Positions 1-14,750 of a stretch of 64,000 nt of DNA are shown piece after piece. Below the pieces are notes generated by a model, which worked only from the letters and a program-made list of their open reading frames with translations, searched no databases and had not been told where the DNA came from. Where the stretch lies: positions 42,080,001 to 42,144,000 of the forward strand of contig CP086569.2 of the NCBI GenBank assembly GCA_009914755.4, written 5' to 3'. The DNA is from the human T2T-CHM13v2.0 reference genome, Homo sapiens. Each line of letters starts with the position of its first letter. Within the stretch, counting starts at the first letter, position 1. Made by a program: the position numbers and the translations under genes.

Positions 1-435
1 ATGGAATGGAATGGAATGCATTGGAATGGAATGTCCGCTAATGGAATGGATTCGAGTGGAATGGAATTGAATATAATGGAGTCGAATGAAATGGAATTGA
101 AAGGAATGGGATCGAATACAATGGAATATACTGGAATGTAACGTAATGAACTGGAATGTAATTGACTGGAATGGAATGTACATGAATGGAATGTAATCGA
201 ATGGAAAGTAATCCAATGGAATAGAATCTTATGCAATAAAATCGACTCAGATAGAGTAGAATGTAATGGAATGGAGTGCAGTGCAATGGAATGGAATGGA
301 ATGGAATGCAATGGAATGGAATGGAATGGAATGGAATGGAATGGAATGGGATGGAATGGTATGGAATGGATAGTAATGGACTGGAGTGAAATGGACTGGA
401 AAGGAATGGACTCAAATTGAAAGGGCTCGAAAGGA
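1..435 (+). repeat. HOR unit 0 (partial, 3' portion of a unit). Contains the variable pure (GGAAT)n run.
   Basis: Matches the last ~435 bp of every later unit (e.g. 3590-4024). 'tgcattggaatggaatgtccgctaatgg' at 17-44 equals 3591-3618. Confidence 0.85.
311..345 (+). repeat. Variable pure (GGAAT)n run inside the HOR: 7 perfect pentamers in this copy
   Basis: 'atgga' x7 between 'gaatgc' (305-310) and 'atggg atgga atggt' (346-360). Confidence 0.8.
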
Positions 436-3400
436 ATGGAGTCAAATGGAATGGTCTGGAATGGAATGAACACGAATGTAATGCAACCCAATAGAATGGA
501 ATCGAATGGCATGGAATATAAAGAAATGGAATCGAAGAGAATGGAAACAAATGGAATGGAATTGAATGGAATGGAATTGAATGGAATGGGAACGAATGGA
601 GTGAAATTGTATGCAGTAGAAGAGAATAGAATGGAATGCAAGCGAAAGGAAAGGAATGGATTGGAATGGAATGGAATTCATTGGAATGGAAGGGAATGTA
701 GTGTAATGGACAGGCCTGGAATAAAGTGGAATGCTACGGTCTCGAATGGAATAAAAATGTATGGAATGGAATGCAATGAAACGGAATCGAATGTCATAGA
801 ATGTAATGGAATGCAAAAAAATGGAATCCAAAATCATTGACTGGAAAGGCTGGGTGTCGAAAGGAATTGACTCCAATGGAATGGAATCGAATGGAATGGA
901 AGTGAATAGAATCGAACTAAATCGAATGGAATGGAATTGATAGGAACGGAATGGAAAGGAATGCAATGATTTGGCATGGAATGGAATCGAATGGCATCGA
1001 ATGGAATGGAATGGAATGCAATGGAATGGAATGTATTAGAATGTAATGAACTTTAATGGAATGTACTCGAATGGATTCGACTGGAATGGAATGTTCTGGA
1101 AGTGAATGGACTCCAATGGAATGGATTCAAAAGGAATGGAATCGTACGGAATGGAATCTAATGGAATGGAATTAAATGGAAATGAATCAAATTGAATAGC
1201 ACGGAATTGAATTGAATGGAATGGAATGCAATGGAATCTAATGAAACGGAAAGGAAAGGAATGGAATGGAATGGAATGGGCTGGAATGGAAAGGAATCGA
1301 AACGAATGGAATGGAATCGAAGTGAAGAGACTGGAATGGAATGCACTGGAATGGAAGGGAGTGTAATGGAAGGTTCTCGAAAAAAATGGAATCGAATGGA
1401 ATGGAATTGAATGGAACGGAATAGAGTCGAATGGAATTGAATGGAATGGAATGGACTAGAGTGAAATGGAATCGAACCACAAGGAATGGACAGGAATAGA
1501 ATGGTCTCGAATTGAATGGAATCGTATGGAATGGCATCAAACGGAATGGAATGGACAGCCACGGAATGGAATGCACTCGAATGCAATGGAGTCGAAACTA
1601 ATGGACTGGAATAGAATGGACTCGACTGGTACGGACTCCAATGGAATGGAATCGAATGGAAGGGAATCGAACGGAATGGAATCGAACGGAATGGACTCGA
1701 AGGGAAAAGACTGCAATGGAAAGGTCTCGAATGGAATGGAAATTAATGGAATGGAATGGAATCGAATGAAATGGAGTCAAAAGGAATGGAATCGAATGGC
1801 AAGAAATCGAATGTAATGGAATCGCCAGGAATTGATGTGAACGGAACGGAATGGAATGGAATCCAAAGGAATGGAATAGAATGGAATGGAATCGAATGGA
1901 AAGGACTCGAATGGAAATCACTCGAATAGAATGCAATTTAATAAAATAGGATCAAATGTAATGGAATGGAATGGAAAGGAATCGAAACGAAAGGAATGGA
2001 GACAGATGGAATGGAATGGAACAGAGAGCAATGGTATAGAATGGAATGGAATCATCTGGAATGGAATTGAATGGAATGGAATAATATGAAATGGAATGGA
2101 ATGGAATGGAATGGAATGCCCTTGAATTAAATGGACTGGAATGGAATGGACTCAAACAGAGTGGAATGGAAAGTGTGGAGATAGAATGGAATGAACTCCT
2201 TTGGAATGGTGTAGTATGCAATGCAATCGACTGGCAGGGAATCAAAAGGAATGTAATCGAATGGATTGGACTGGAATGCAATGGACTCGAATAGATTGGA
2301 AACGGAATGCAAAGGAATGGAATGGAATAGTATGGAATGCAATGGAAGGGAATGGAGTGGAATAGACTAGAGTGGAATGGAATGGACTGGAAAGCAATGG
2401 ACTGGAATGGAACTTTCTTGGATGGACTGGAATCAAACGGAATGGAATGCAGTGCAATCAAATGGCATGGAATAAAATAGAATGAAAGAGAATCAAATGG
2501 AATTGAATCGAATGGAATCGAATGGATTGGAAAGGAATAGAATGGAATGGAATGGAATTGACTCAAATGGAATGGACTAGAATGGAATGGATTCGAATGG
2601 AAGGCAAAGGAATGGAATCTATTGGAATGGACTGTAATGGAATGGAATGGAAGGGATTGGAATGGACTCGAATGGAATGGACTGCAATAGAAAGGATTCG
2701 AATGGAATGAAAAAGAATTGAATGGAATAGAACAGAATGGAATGAAATCGAATGAAATGGAATGGAATAGAAAGGAACGGAATGAAATGGAATGGAAAGG
2801 ATTCGAATGGAATGCAATCGAATGGAATGGAATCGAACGGAATGGAATAAAATGGAAGAAAACTGGCAAGAAATGGAATCGAAATGAATGGAGTGTTATG
2901 GAACGGACTCAAAAGGAATTGAATGTAATAGAATGGAGTGGAGTGGACTCGAATATAATGGACTGGAATGGAATGAAATCACATGGAATGGGAACGAATG
3001 GAATGGAATGGAAAGGAATGGAATCGAATGGAAAGGAATCGAATGGAAGGGAATGAAATTGAATCAACAGGAATGGAAGGGAATAGAATAGACTGTAATG
3101 GAATGGACTCGAATAGAATGGACACGAATGCTCAAATTAAATGGACTCGAATGGAATGGAAACGAAAGGAATGTCATCGAATGGAATTGAATCGATTGGA
3201 ATGAAATCGCATAGAATGGAGTGGAATCAAATGGAATTGAATCGAAAGGAAAGGAAGCGAATGGACTGAAATGAAATGGAATGGAATTGAATGGAAAGTA
3301 ATGCAATGGAATAGAATGGAACGAAATTTCACGGAATGGAATCAAACTGAATGGAATCAAATCAATGGAATCAAATCAAATGGAATGGAAAGGAATTGAA

Positions 3401-4024
3401 TGGAGTAGATGGGATTGGATGGGATTGGAATGAAATGTACTGGAAAGGACTCGAATTTCATGAAACGGAATGGAATGAATTGGAACGGAATTGACTCGAA
3501 TGGAATGGAATGTCATGGGATGGCATCAAATGGAATGACATCAAATGGAATGGAATCGAATGCAATGGAATGCTATGGAATGGAATGGAATGCATTGGAA
3601 TGGAATGTCCGCTAATGGAATGGATTCGAGTGGAATGGAATTGAATATAATGGAGTCGAATGAAATGGAATTGAAAGGAATGGGATCGAATACAATGGAA
3701 TATACTGGAATGTAACGTAATGAACTCGAATGTAATTGACTGGAATGGAATGTACATGAATGGAATGTAATCGAATGGAAAGTAATCCAATGGAATAGAA
3801 TCTAATGCAATAAAATCGACTCAGATAGAGTAGAATGTAATGGAATGGAGTGCAGTGCAATGGAATGGAATGGAATGGAATGCAATGGAATGGAATGGAA
3901 TGGAATGGAATGGAATGGAATGGAATGGAATGGAATGGGATGGAATGGTATGGAATGGATAGTAATGGACTGGAGTGAAATGGACTGGAAAGGAATGGAC
4001 TCAAATTGAAAGGGCTCGAAAGGA
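436..4024 (+). repeat. HOR unit 1 (3589 bp), subtype A
   Basis: Anchor recurrence 436->4025. A-form 'ggaatcgaacggaatggaatcgaacggaatggactcg' at ~1663-1699. Confidence 0.85.
3885..3934 (+). repeat. The same variable (GGAAT)n run in the next copy: 10 perfect pentamers
   Basis: 'atgga' x10 at 3885-3934, then 'atggg' at 3935-3939. This 15-bp excess explains the 3589-bp unit. Confidence 0.8.
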
Positions 4025-7000
4025 ATGGAGTCAAATGGAATGGTCTGGAATGGAATGAACACGAATGTAATGCAACCCAATAGAATGGAATCGAATGGCA
4101 TGGAATATAAAGAAATGGAATCGAAGAGAATGGAAACAAATGGAATGGAATTGAATGGAATGGAATTGAATGGAATGGGAACGAATGGAGTGAAATTGTA
4201 TGCAGTAGAAGAGAATAGAATGGAATGCAAGCGAAAGGAAAGGAATGGATTGGAATGGAATGGAATTCATTGGAATGGAAGGGAATGTAGTGTAATGGAC
4301 AGGCCTGGAATAAAGTGGAATGCTACGGTCTCGAATGGAATAAAAATGTATGGAATGGAATGCAATGAAACGGAATCGAATGTCATAGAATGTAATGGAA
4401 TGCAAAAAAATGGAATCCAAAATCACTGACTGGAGAGGCTGGGTGTCGAAAGGAATTGACTCCAATGGAATGGAATCGAATGGAATGGAAGTGAATAGAA
4501 TCGAACTAAATCGAATGGAATGGAATTGATAGGAACGGAATGGAAAGGAATGCAATGATTTGGCATGGAATGGAATCGAATGGCATCGAATGGAATGGAA
4601 TGGAATGCAATGGAATGGAATGTATTAGAATGTAATGAACTTTAATGGAATGTACTCGAATGGATTCGACTGGAATGGAATGTTCTGGAAGTGAATGGAC
4701 TCCAATGGAATGGATTCAAAAGGAATGGAATCGTACGGAATGGAATCTAATGGAATGGAATTAAATGGAAATGAATCAAATTGAATAGCACGGAATTGAA
4801 TTGAATGGAATGGAATGCAATGGAATCTAATGAAACGGAAAGGAAAGGAATGGAATGGAATGGAATGGGCTGGAATGGATAGGAATCGAAACGAATGGAA
4901 TGGAATCGAAGTGAAGAGACTGTAATGGAATGCACTGGAATGGAAGGGAGTGTAATGGAAGGCTCTCGAAAAAAATGGAATCGAATGGAATGGAATTGAA
5001 TGGAACGGAATAGAGTCGAATGGAATTGAATGGAATGGAATGGACTAGAGTGAAATGGAATCGAACCACAAGGAATGGACAGGAATAGAATGGTCTCGAA
5101 TTGAATGGAATCGTATGGAATGCAATCAAACGGAATGGAATGGACAGCCACGGAATGGAATGCACTCGAATGCAATGGAGTCGAAACTAATGGACTGGAA
5201 TAGAATGGACTCGACTGGTACGGACTCCAATGGAATGGAATCGAATGGAAGGGAATCGAACGGAATGGAATCGAACGGAATGGACTCGAAGGGAAAAGAC
5301 TGCAATGGAAAGGTCTCGAATGGAATGGAAATTAATGGAATGGAATGGAATCGAATGAAATGGAGTCAAAAGGAATGGAATCGAATGGCAAGAAATCGAA
5401 TGTAATGGAATCGCCAGGAATTGATGTGAACGGAACGGAATGGAATGGAATCCAAAGGAATGGAATAGAATGGAATGGAATCGAATGGAAAGGACTCGAA
5501 TGGAAATCACTCGAATAGAATGCAATTTAATAAAATAGGATCAAATGTAATGGAATGGAATGGAAAGGAATCGAAACGAAAGGAATGGAGACAGATGGAA
5601 TGGAATGGAACAGAGAGCAATGGTATAGAATGGAATGGAATCATCTGGAATGGAATTGAATGGAATGGAATAATATGAAATGGAATGGAATGGAATGGAA
5701 TGGAATGCCCTTGAATTAAATGGACTGGAATGGAATGGACTCAAACAGAGTGGAATGGAAAGTGTGGAGATAGAATGGAATGAACTCCTTTGGAATGGTG
5801 TAGTATGCAATGCAATCGACTGGCAGGGAATCAAAAGGAATGTAATCGAATGGATTGGACTGGAATGCAATGGACTCGAATAGATTGGAAACGGAATGCA
5901 AAGGAATGGAATGGAATAGTATGGAATGCAATGGAAGGGAATGGAGTGGAATAGACTAGAGTGGAATGGAATGGACTGGAAAGCAATGGACTGGAATGGA
6001 ACTTTCTTGGATGGACTGGAATCAAACGGAATGGAATGCAGTGCAATCAAATGGCATGGAATAAAATAGAATGAAAGAGAATCAAATGGAATTGAATCGA
6101 ATGGAATCGAATGGATTGGAAAGGAATAGAATGGAATGGAATGGAATTGACTCAAATGGAATGGACTAGAATGGAATGGATTCGAATGGAAGGCAAAGGA
6201 ATGGAATCTATTGGAATGGACTGTAATGGAATGGAATGGAAGGGATTGGAATGGACTCGAATGGAATGGACTGCAATAGAAAGGATTCGAATGGAATGAA
6301 AAAGAATTGAATGGAATAGAACAGAATGGAATCAAATCGAATGAAATGGAATGGAATAGAAAGGAATGGAATGAAATGGAATGGAAAGGATTCGAATGGA
6401 ATGCAATCGAATGGAATGGAATCGAACGGAATGGAATAAAATGGAAGAAAACTGGCAAGAAATGGAATCGAAATGAATGGAGTGTTATGGAACGGACTCA
6501 AAAGGAATTGAATGTAATAGAATGGAGTGGAGTGGACTCGAATATAATGGACTGGAATGGAATGAAATCACATGGAATGGGAACGAATGGAATGGAATGG
6601 AAAGGAATGGAATCGAATGGAAAGGAATCGAATGGAAGGGAATGAAATTGAATCAACACGAATGGAAGGGAATAGAATAGACTGTAATGGAATGGACTCG
6701 AATAGAATGGACACGAATGCTCAAATTAAATGGACTCGAATGGAATGGAAACGAAAGGAATGTCATCGAATGGAATTGAATCGATTGGAATGAAATCGCA
6801 TAGAATGGAGTGGAATCAAATGGAATTGAATCGAAAGGAAAGGAAGCGAATGGACTGAAATGAAATGGAATGGAATTGAATGGAAAGTAATGCAATGGAA
6901 TAGAATGGAACGAAATTTCACGGAATGGAATCAAACTGAATGGAATCAAATCAATGGAATCAAATCAAATGGAATGGAAAGGAATTGAATGGAGTAGATT

Positions 7001-7588
7001 GGATTGGATGGGATTGGAATGAAATGTACTGGAAAGGACTCGAATTTCATGAAACGGAATGGAATGAATTGGAACGGAATGGACTCGAATGGAATGGAAT
7101 GTCATGGGATGGCATCAAATGGAATGACATCAAATGGAATGGAATCGAATGCAATGGAATGCTATGGAATGGAATGGAATGCATTGGAATGGAATGTCCT
7201 CTAATGGAATGGATTCGAGTGGAATGGATTTGAATATAATGGAGTCGAATGAAATGGAATTGAAAGGAATGGGATCGAATACAATGGAATATACAGGAAT
7301 GTAACGTAATGAACTCGAATGTAATTGACTGCAATGGAATGTACATGAATGGAATGTAATCGAATGGAAAGTAATCCAATGGAATAGAATCTAATGCAAT
7401 AAAATCGACTCAGATAGAGTAGAATGTAATGGAATGGAGTGCAGTGCAATGGAATGGAATGGAATGGAATGCAATGGAATGGAATGGAATGGGATGGAAT
7501 GGGATGGAATGGTATGGAATGGATAGTAATGGACTGGAGTGAAATGGACTGGAAAGGAATGGACTCAAATTGAAAGGGCTCGAAAGGA
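4025..7588 (+). repeat. HOR unit 2 (3564 bp), subtype A
   Basis: Anchor recurrence 4025->7589. A-form at ~5252-5288. Tail segment (~6.94 kb onward) carries private variants shared with unit 5. Confidence 0.85.
7474..7508 (+). repeat. The same variable run in the third copy: 3 perfect pentamers plus a duplicated 'atgggatgga' motif
   Basis: 'atgga' x3 (7474-7488), then 'atggg atgga atggg atgga' (7489-7508). Confidence 0.75.
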
Positions 7589-10500
7589 ATGGAGTCAAAT
7601 GGAATGGTCTGGAATGGAATGAACACGAATGTAATGCAACCCAATAGAATGGAATCGAATGGCATGGAATATAAAGAAATGGAATCGAAGAGAATGGAAA
7701 CAAATGGAATGGAATTGAATGGAATGGAATTGAATGGAATGGGAACGAATGGAGTGAAATTGTATGCAGTAGAAGAGAATAGAATGGAATGCAAGCGAAA
7801 GGAAAGGAATGGATTGGAATGGAATGGAATTCATTGGAATGGAAGGGAATGTAGTGTAATGGACAGGCCTGGAATAAAGTGGAATGCTACGGTCTCGAAT
7901 GGAATAAAAATGTATGGAATGGAATGCAATGAAACGGAATCGAATGTCATAGAATGTAATGGAATGCAAAAAAATGGAATCCAAAATCATTGACTGGAAA
8001 GGCTGGGTGTCGAAAGGAATTGACTCCAATGGAATGGAATCGAATGGAATGGAAGTGAATAGAATCGAACTAAATCGAATGGAATGGAATTGATAGGAAC
8101 GGAATGGAAAGGAATGCAATGATTTGGCATGGAATGGAATCGAATGGCATCGAATGGAATGGAATGGAATGCATGGAATGGAATGTATTAGAATGTAATG
8201 AACTTTAATGGAATGTACTCGAATGGATTCGACTGGAATGGAATGTTCTGGAAGTGAATGGACTCCAATGGAATGGATTCAAAAGGAATGGAATCGTACG
8301 GAATGGAATCTAATGGAATGGAATTAAATGGAAATGAATCAAATTGAATAGCACGGAATTGAATTGAATGGAATGGAATGCAATGGAATCTAATGAAACG
8401 GAAAGGAAAGGAATGGAATGGAATGGAATGGGCTGGAATGGAAAGGAATCGAAACGAATGGAATGGAATCGAAGTGAAGAGACTGGAATGGAATGCACTG
8501 GAATGGAAGGGAGTGTAATGGAAGGTTCTCGAAAAAAATGGAATCGAATGGAATGGAATTGAATGGAACGGAATAGAGTCGAATGGAATTGAATGGAATG
8601 GAATGGACTAGAGTGAAATGGAATCGAACCACAAGGAATGGACAGGAATAGAATGGTCTCGAATTGAATGGAATCGTATGGAATGGCATCAAACGGAATG
8701 GAATGGACAGCCACGGAATGGAATGCACTCGAATGCAATGGAGTCGAAACTAATGGACTGGAATAGAATGGACTCGACTGGTACGGACTCCAATGGAATG
8801 GAATCGAATGGAAGGGAATCGAACGGAATGGAATCGAACGGAATGGACTCGAAGGGAAAAGACTGCAATGGAAAGGTCTCGAATGGAATGGAAATTAATG
8901 GAATGGAATGGAATCGAATGAAATGGAGTCAAAAGGAATGGAATCGAATGGCAAGAAATCGAATGTAATGGAATCGCCAGGAATTGATGTGAACGGAACG
9001 GAATGGAATGGAATCCAAAGGAATGGAATAGAATGGAATGGAATCGAATGGAAAGGACTCGAATGGAAATCACTCGAATAGAATGCAATTTAATAAAATA
9101 GGATCAAATGTAATGGAATGGAATGGAAAGGAATCGAAACGAAAGGAATGGAGACAGATGGAATGGAATGGAACAGAGAGCAATGGTATAGAATGGAATG
9201 GAATCATCTGGAATGGAATTGAATGGAATGGAATAATATGAAATGGAATGGAATGGAATGGAATGGAATGCCCTTGAATTAAATGGACTGGAATGGAATG
9301 GACTCAAACAGAGTGGAATGGAAAGTGTGGAGATAGAATGGAATGAACTCCTTTGGAATGGTGTAGTATGCAATGCAATCGACTGGCAGGGAGTCAAAAG
9401 GTATGTAATCGAATGGATTGGACTGGAATGCAAAGGACTCGAATAGATTGGAAACGGAATGCAAAGGAATGGAATGGAATAGTATGGAATGCAATGGAAG
9501 GGAATGCAGTGGAATAGACTAGAGTGGAATGGAATGGACTGGAAAGCAATGGACTGGAATGGAACTTTCTTGGATGGACTGGAATCAAACGGAATGGAAT
9601 GCAGTGCAATCAAATGGCATGGAATAAAATAGAATGAAAGAGAATCAAATGGAATTGAATCGAATGGAATCGAATGGATTGGAAAGGAATAGAATGGAAT
9701 GGAATGGAATTGACTCAAATGGAATGGACTAGAATGGAATGGATTCGAATGGAAGGCAAAGGAATGGAATCTATTGGAATGGACTGTAATGGAATGGAAT
9801 GGAAGGGATTGGAATGGACTCGAATGGAATGGACTGCAATAGAAAGGATTCGAATGGAATGAAAAAGAATTGAATGGAATAGAACAGAATGGAATCAAAT
9901 CGAATGAAATGGAATGGAATAGAAAGGAATGGAATGAAATGGAATGGAAAGGATTCGAATGGAATGCAATCGAATGGAATGGAATCGAACGGAATGGAAT
10001 AAAATGGAAGAAAACTGGCAAGAAATGGAATCGAAATGAATGGAGTGTTATGGAACGGACTCAAAAGGAATTGAATGTAATAGAATGGAGTGGAGTGGAC
10101 TCGAATATAATGGACTGGAATGGAATGAAATCACATGGAATGGGAACGAATGGAATGGAATGGAAAGGAATGGAATCGAATGGAAAGGAATCGAATGGAA
10201 GGGAATGAAATTGAATCAACAGGAATGGAAGGGAATAGAATAGACTGTAATGGAATGGACTCGAATAGAATGGACACGAATGCTCAAATTAAATGGACTC
10301 GAATGGAATGGAAACGAAAGGAATGTCATCGAATGGAATTGAATCGATTGGAATGAAATCGCATAGAATGGAGTGGAATCAAATGGAATTGAATCGAAAG
10401 GAAAGGAAGCGAATGGACTGAAATGAAATGGAATGGAATTGAATGGAAAGTAATGCAATGGAATAGAATGGAACGAAATTTCACGGAATGGAATCAAACT

Positions 10501-11176
10501 GAATGGAATCAAATCAATGGAATCAAATCAAATGGAATGGAAAGGAATTGAATGGAGTAGATGGGATTGGATGGGATTGGAATGAAATATACTGGAAAGG
10601 ACTCGAATTTCATGAAACGGAATGGAATGAATTGGAACGGAATGGACTCGAATGGAATGGAATGTCATGGGATGGCATCAAATGGAATGACATCAAATGG
10701 AATGGAATCGAATGCAATGGAATGCTATGGAATGGAATGGAATGCATTGGAATGGAATGTCCGCTAATGGAATGGATTCGAGTGGAATGGAATTGAATAT
10801 AATGGAGTCGAATGAAATGGAATTGAAAGGAATGGGATCGAATACAATGGAATATACTGGAATGTAACGTAATGAACTCGAATGTAATTGACTGGAATGG
10901 AATGTACATGAATGGAATGTAATCGAATGGAAAGTAATCCAATGGAATAGAATCTAATGCAATAAAATCGACTCAGATAGAGTAGAATGTAATGGAATGG
11001 AGTGCAGTGCAATGGAATGGAATGGAATGGAATGCAATGGAATGGAATGGAATGGAATAGAATGGAATGGAATGGAATGGGATGGAATGGGATGGAATGG
11101 TATGGAATGGATAGTAATGGACTGGAGTGAAATGGACTGGAAAGGAATGGACTCAAATTGAAAGGGCTCGAAAGGA
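7589..11176 (+). repeat. HOR unit 3 (3588 bp), subtype A. Carries a 1-bp deletion shared with unit 6.
   Basis: Anchor recurrence. 'gaatgcatggaatgg' at 8166-8180 versus 'gaatgcaatggaatgg' in other copies. Confidence 0.85.
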
Positions 11177-14100
11177 ATGGAGTCAAATGGAATGGTCTGG
11201 AATGGAATGAACACGAATGTAATGCAACCCAATAGAATGGAATCGAATGGCATGGAATATAAAGAAATGGAATCGAAGAGAATGGAAACAAATGGAATGG
11301 AATTGAATGGAATGGAATTGAATGGAATGGGAACGAATGGAGTGAAATTGTATGCAGTAGAAGAGAATAGAATGGAATGCAAGCGAAAGGAAAGGAATGG
11401 ATTGGAATGGAATGGAATTCATTGGAATGGAAGGGAATGTAGTGTAATGGACAGGCCTGGAATAAAGTGGAATGCTACGGTCTCGAATGGAATAAAAATG
11501 TATGGAATGGAATGCAATGAAACGGAATCGAATGTCATAGAATGTAATGGAATGCAAAAAAATGGAATCCAAAATCATTGACTGGAAAGGCTGGGTGTCG
11601 AAAGGAATTGACTCCAATGGAATGGAATCGAATGGAATGGAAGTGAATAGAATCGAACTAAATCGAATGGAATGGAATTGATAGGAACGGAATGGAAAGG
11701 AATGCAATGATTTGGCATGGAATGGAATCGAATGGCATCGAATGGAATGGAATGGAATGCAATGGAATGGAATGTATTAGAATGTAATGAACTTTAATGG
11801 AATGTACTCGAATGGATTCGACTGGAATGGAATGTTCTGGAAGTGAATGGACTCCAATGGAATGGATTCAAAAGGAATGGAATCGTACGGAATGGAATCT
11901 AATGGAATGGAATTAAATGGAAATGAATCAAATTGAATAGCACGGAATTGAATTGAATGGAATGGAATGCAATGGAATCTAATGAAACGGAAAGGAAAGG
12001 AATGGAATGGAATGGAATGGGCTGGAATGGAAAGGAATCGAAACGAATGGAATGGAATCGAAGTGAAGAGACTGGAATGGAATGCACTGGAATGGAAGGG
12101 AGTGTAATGCAAGGTTCTCGAAAAAAATGGAATCGAATGGAATGGAATTGAATGGAACGGAATAGAGTCGAATGGAATTGAATGGAATGGAATGGACTAG
12201 AGTGAAATGGAATCGAACCACAAGGAATGGACAGGAATAGAATGGTCTCGAATTGAATGGAATCGTATGGAATGGCATCAAACGGAATGGAATGGACAGC
12301 CACGGAATGGAATGCACTCGAATGCAATGGAGTCGAAACTAATGGACTGGAATAGAATGGACTCGACTGGTACGGACTCCAATGGAATGGAATCGAATGG
12401 AAGGGAATCGAACGGAATGGACTCGAAGGGAAAAGACTGCAATGGAAAGGTCTCGAATGGAATGGAAATTAATGGAATGGAATGGAATCGAATGAAATGG
12501 AGTCAAAAGGAATGGAATCGAATGGCAAGAAATCGAATGTAATGGAATCGCCAGGAATTGATGTGAACGGAACGGAATGGAATGGAATCCAAAGGAATGG
12601 AATAGAATGGAATGGAATCGAATGGAAAGGACTCGAATGGAAATCACTCGAATAGAATGCAATTTAATAAAATAGGATCAAATGTAATGGAATGGAATGG
12701 AAAGGAATCGAAACGAAAGGAATGGAGACAGATGGAATGGAATGGAACAGAGAGCAATGGTATAGAATGGAATGGAATCATCTGGAATGGAATTGAATGG
12801 AATGGAATAATATGAAATGGAATGGAATGGAATGGAATGGAATGCCCTTGAATTAAATGGACTGGAATGGAATGGACTCAAACAGAGTGGAATGGAAAGT
12901 GTGGAGATAGAATGGAATGAACTCCTTTGGAATGGTGTAGTATGCAATGCAATCGACTGGCAGGGAATCAAAAGGAATGTAATCGAATGGATTGGACTGG
13001 AATGCAATGGACTCGAATAGATTGGAAACGGAATGCAAAGGAATGGAATGGAATAGTATGGAATGCAATGGAAGGGAATGGAGTGGAATAGACTAGAGTG
13101 GAATGGAATGGACTGGAAAGCAATGGACTGGAATGGAACTTTCTTGGATGGACTGGAATCAAACGGAATGGAATGCAGTGCAATCAAATGGCATGGAATA
13201 AAATAGAATGAAAGAGAATCAAATGGAATTGAATCGAATGGAATCGAATGGATTGGAAAGGAATAGAATGGAATGGAATGGAATTGACTCAAATGGAATG
13301 GACTAGAATGGAATGGATTCGAATGGAAGGCAAAGGAATGGAATCTATTGGAATGGACTGTAATGGAATGGAATGGAAGGGATTGGAATGGACTCGAATG
13401 GAATGGACTGCAATAGAAAGGATTCGAATGGAATGAAAAAGAATTGAATGGAATAGAACAGAATGGAATCAAATCGAATGAAATGGAATGGAATAGAAAG
13501 GAATGGAATGAAATGGAATGGAAAGGATTCGAATGGAATGCAATCGAATGGAATGGAATCGAACGGAATGGAATAAAATGGAAGAAAACTGGCAAGAAAT
13601 GGAATCGAAATGAATGGAGTGTTATGGAACGGACTCAAAAGGAATTGAATGTAATAGAATGGAGTGGAGTGGACTCGAATATAATGGACTGGAATGGAAT
13701 GAAATCACATGGAATGGGAACGAATGGAATGGAATGGAAAGGAATGGAATCGAATGGAAAGGAATCGAATGGAAGGGAATGAAATTGAATCAACACGAAT
13801 GGAAGGGAATAGAATAGACTGTAATGGAATGGACTCGAATAGAATGGACACGAATGCTCAAATTAAATGGACTCGAATGGAATGGAAACGAAAGGAATGT
13901 CATCGAATGGAATTGAATCGATTGGAATGAAATCGCATAGAATGGAGTGGAATCAAATGGAATTGAATCGAAAGGAAAGGAAGCGAATGGACTGAAATGA
14001 AATGGAATGGAATTGAATGGAAAGTAATGCAATGGAATAGAATGGAACGAAATTTCACGGAATGGAATCAAACTGAATGGAATCAAATCAATGGAATCAA

Positions 14101-14750
14101 ATCAAATGGAATGGAAAGGAATTGAATGGAGTAGATGGGATTGGATGGGATTGGAATGAAATGTACTGGAAAGGACTCGAATTTCATGAAACGGAATGGA
14201 ATGAATTGGAACGGAATGGACTCGAATGGAATGGAATGTCATGGGATGGCATCAAATGGAATGACATCAAATGGAATGGAATCGAATGCAATGGAATGCT
14301 ATGGAATGGAATGGAATGCATTGGAATGGAATGTCCGCTAATGGAATGGATTCGAGTGGAATGGAATTGAATATAATGGAGTCGAATGAAATGGAATTGA
14401 AAGGAATGGGATCGAATACAATGGAATATACTGGAATGTAACGTAATGAACTCGAATGTAATTGACTGGAATGGAATGTACATGAATGGAATGTAATCGA
14501 ATGGAAAGTAATCCAATGGAATAGAATCTAATGCAATAAAATCGACTCAGATAGAGTAGAATGTAATGGAATGGAGTGCAGTGCAATGGAATGGAATGGA
14601 ATGGAATGCAATGGAATGGAATGGAATGGAATGGAATGGAATGGAATGGAATGGGATGGAATGGGATGGAATGGTATGGAATGGATAGTAATGGACTGGA
14701 GTGAAATGGACTGGAAAGGAATGGACTCAAATTGAAAGGTCTCGAAAGGA
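11177..14750 (+). repeat. HOR unit 4 (3574 bp), subtype B (15-bp deletion form)
   Basis: Anchor recurrence. 'ggaatcgaacggaatggactcg' at ~12404-12425 lacks one 'aatcgaacggaatgg' copy. 'gtaatgcaaggttctcg' at ~12104. Confidence 0.85.
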
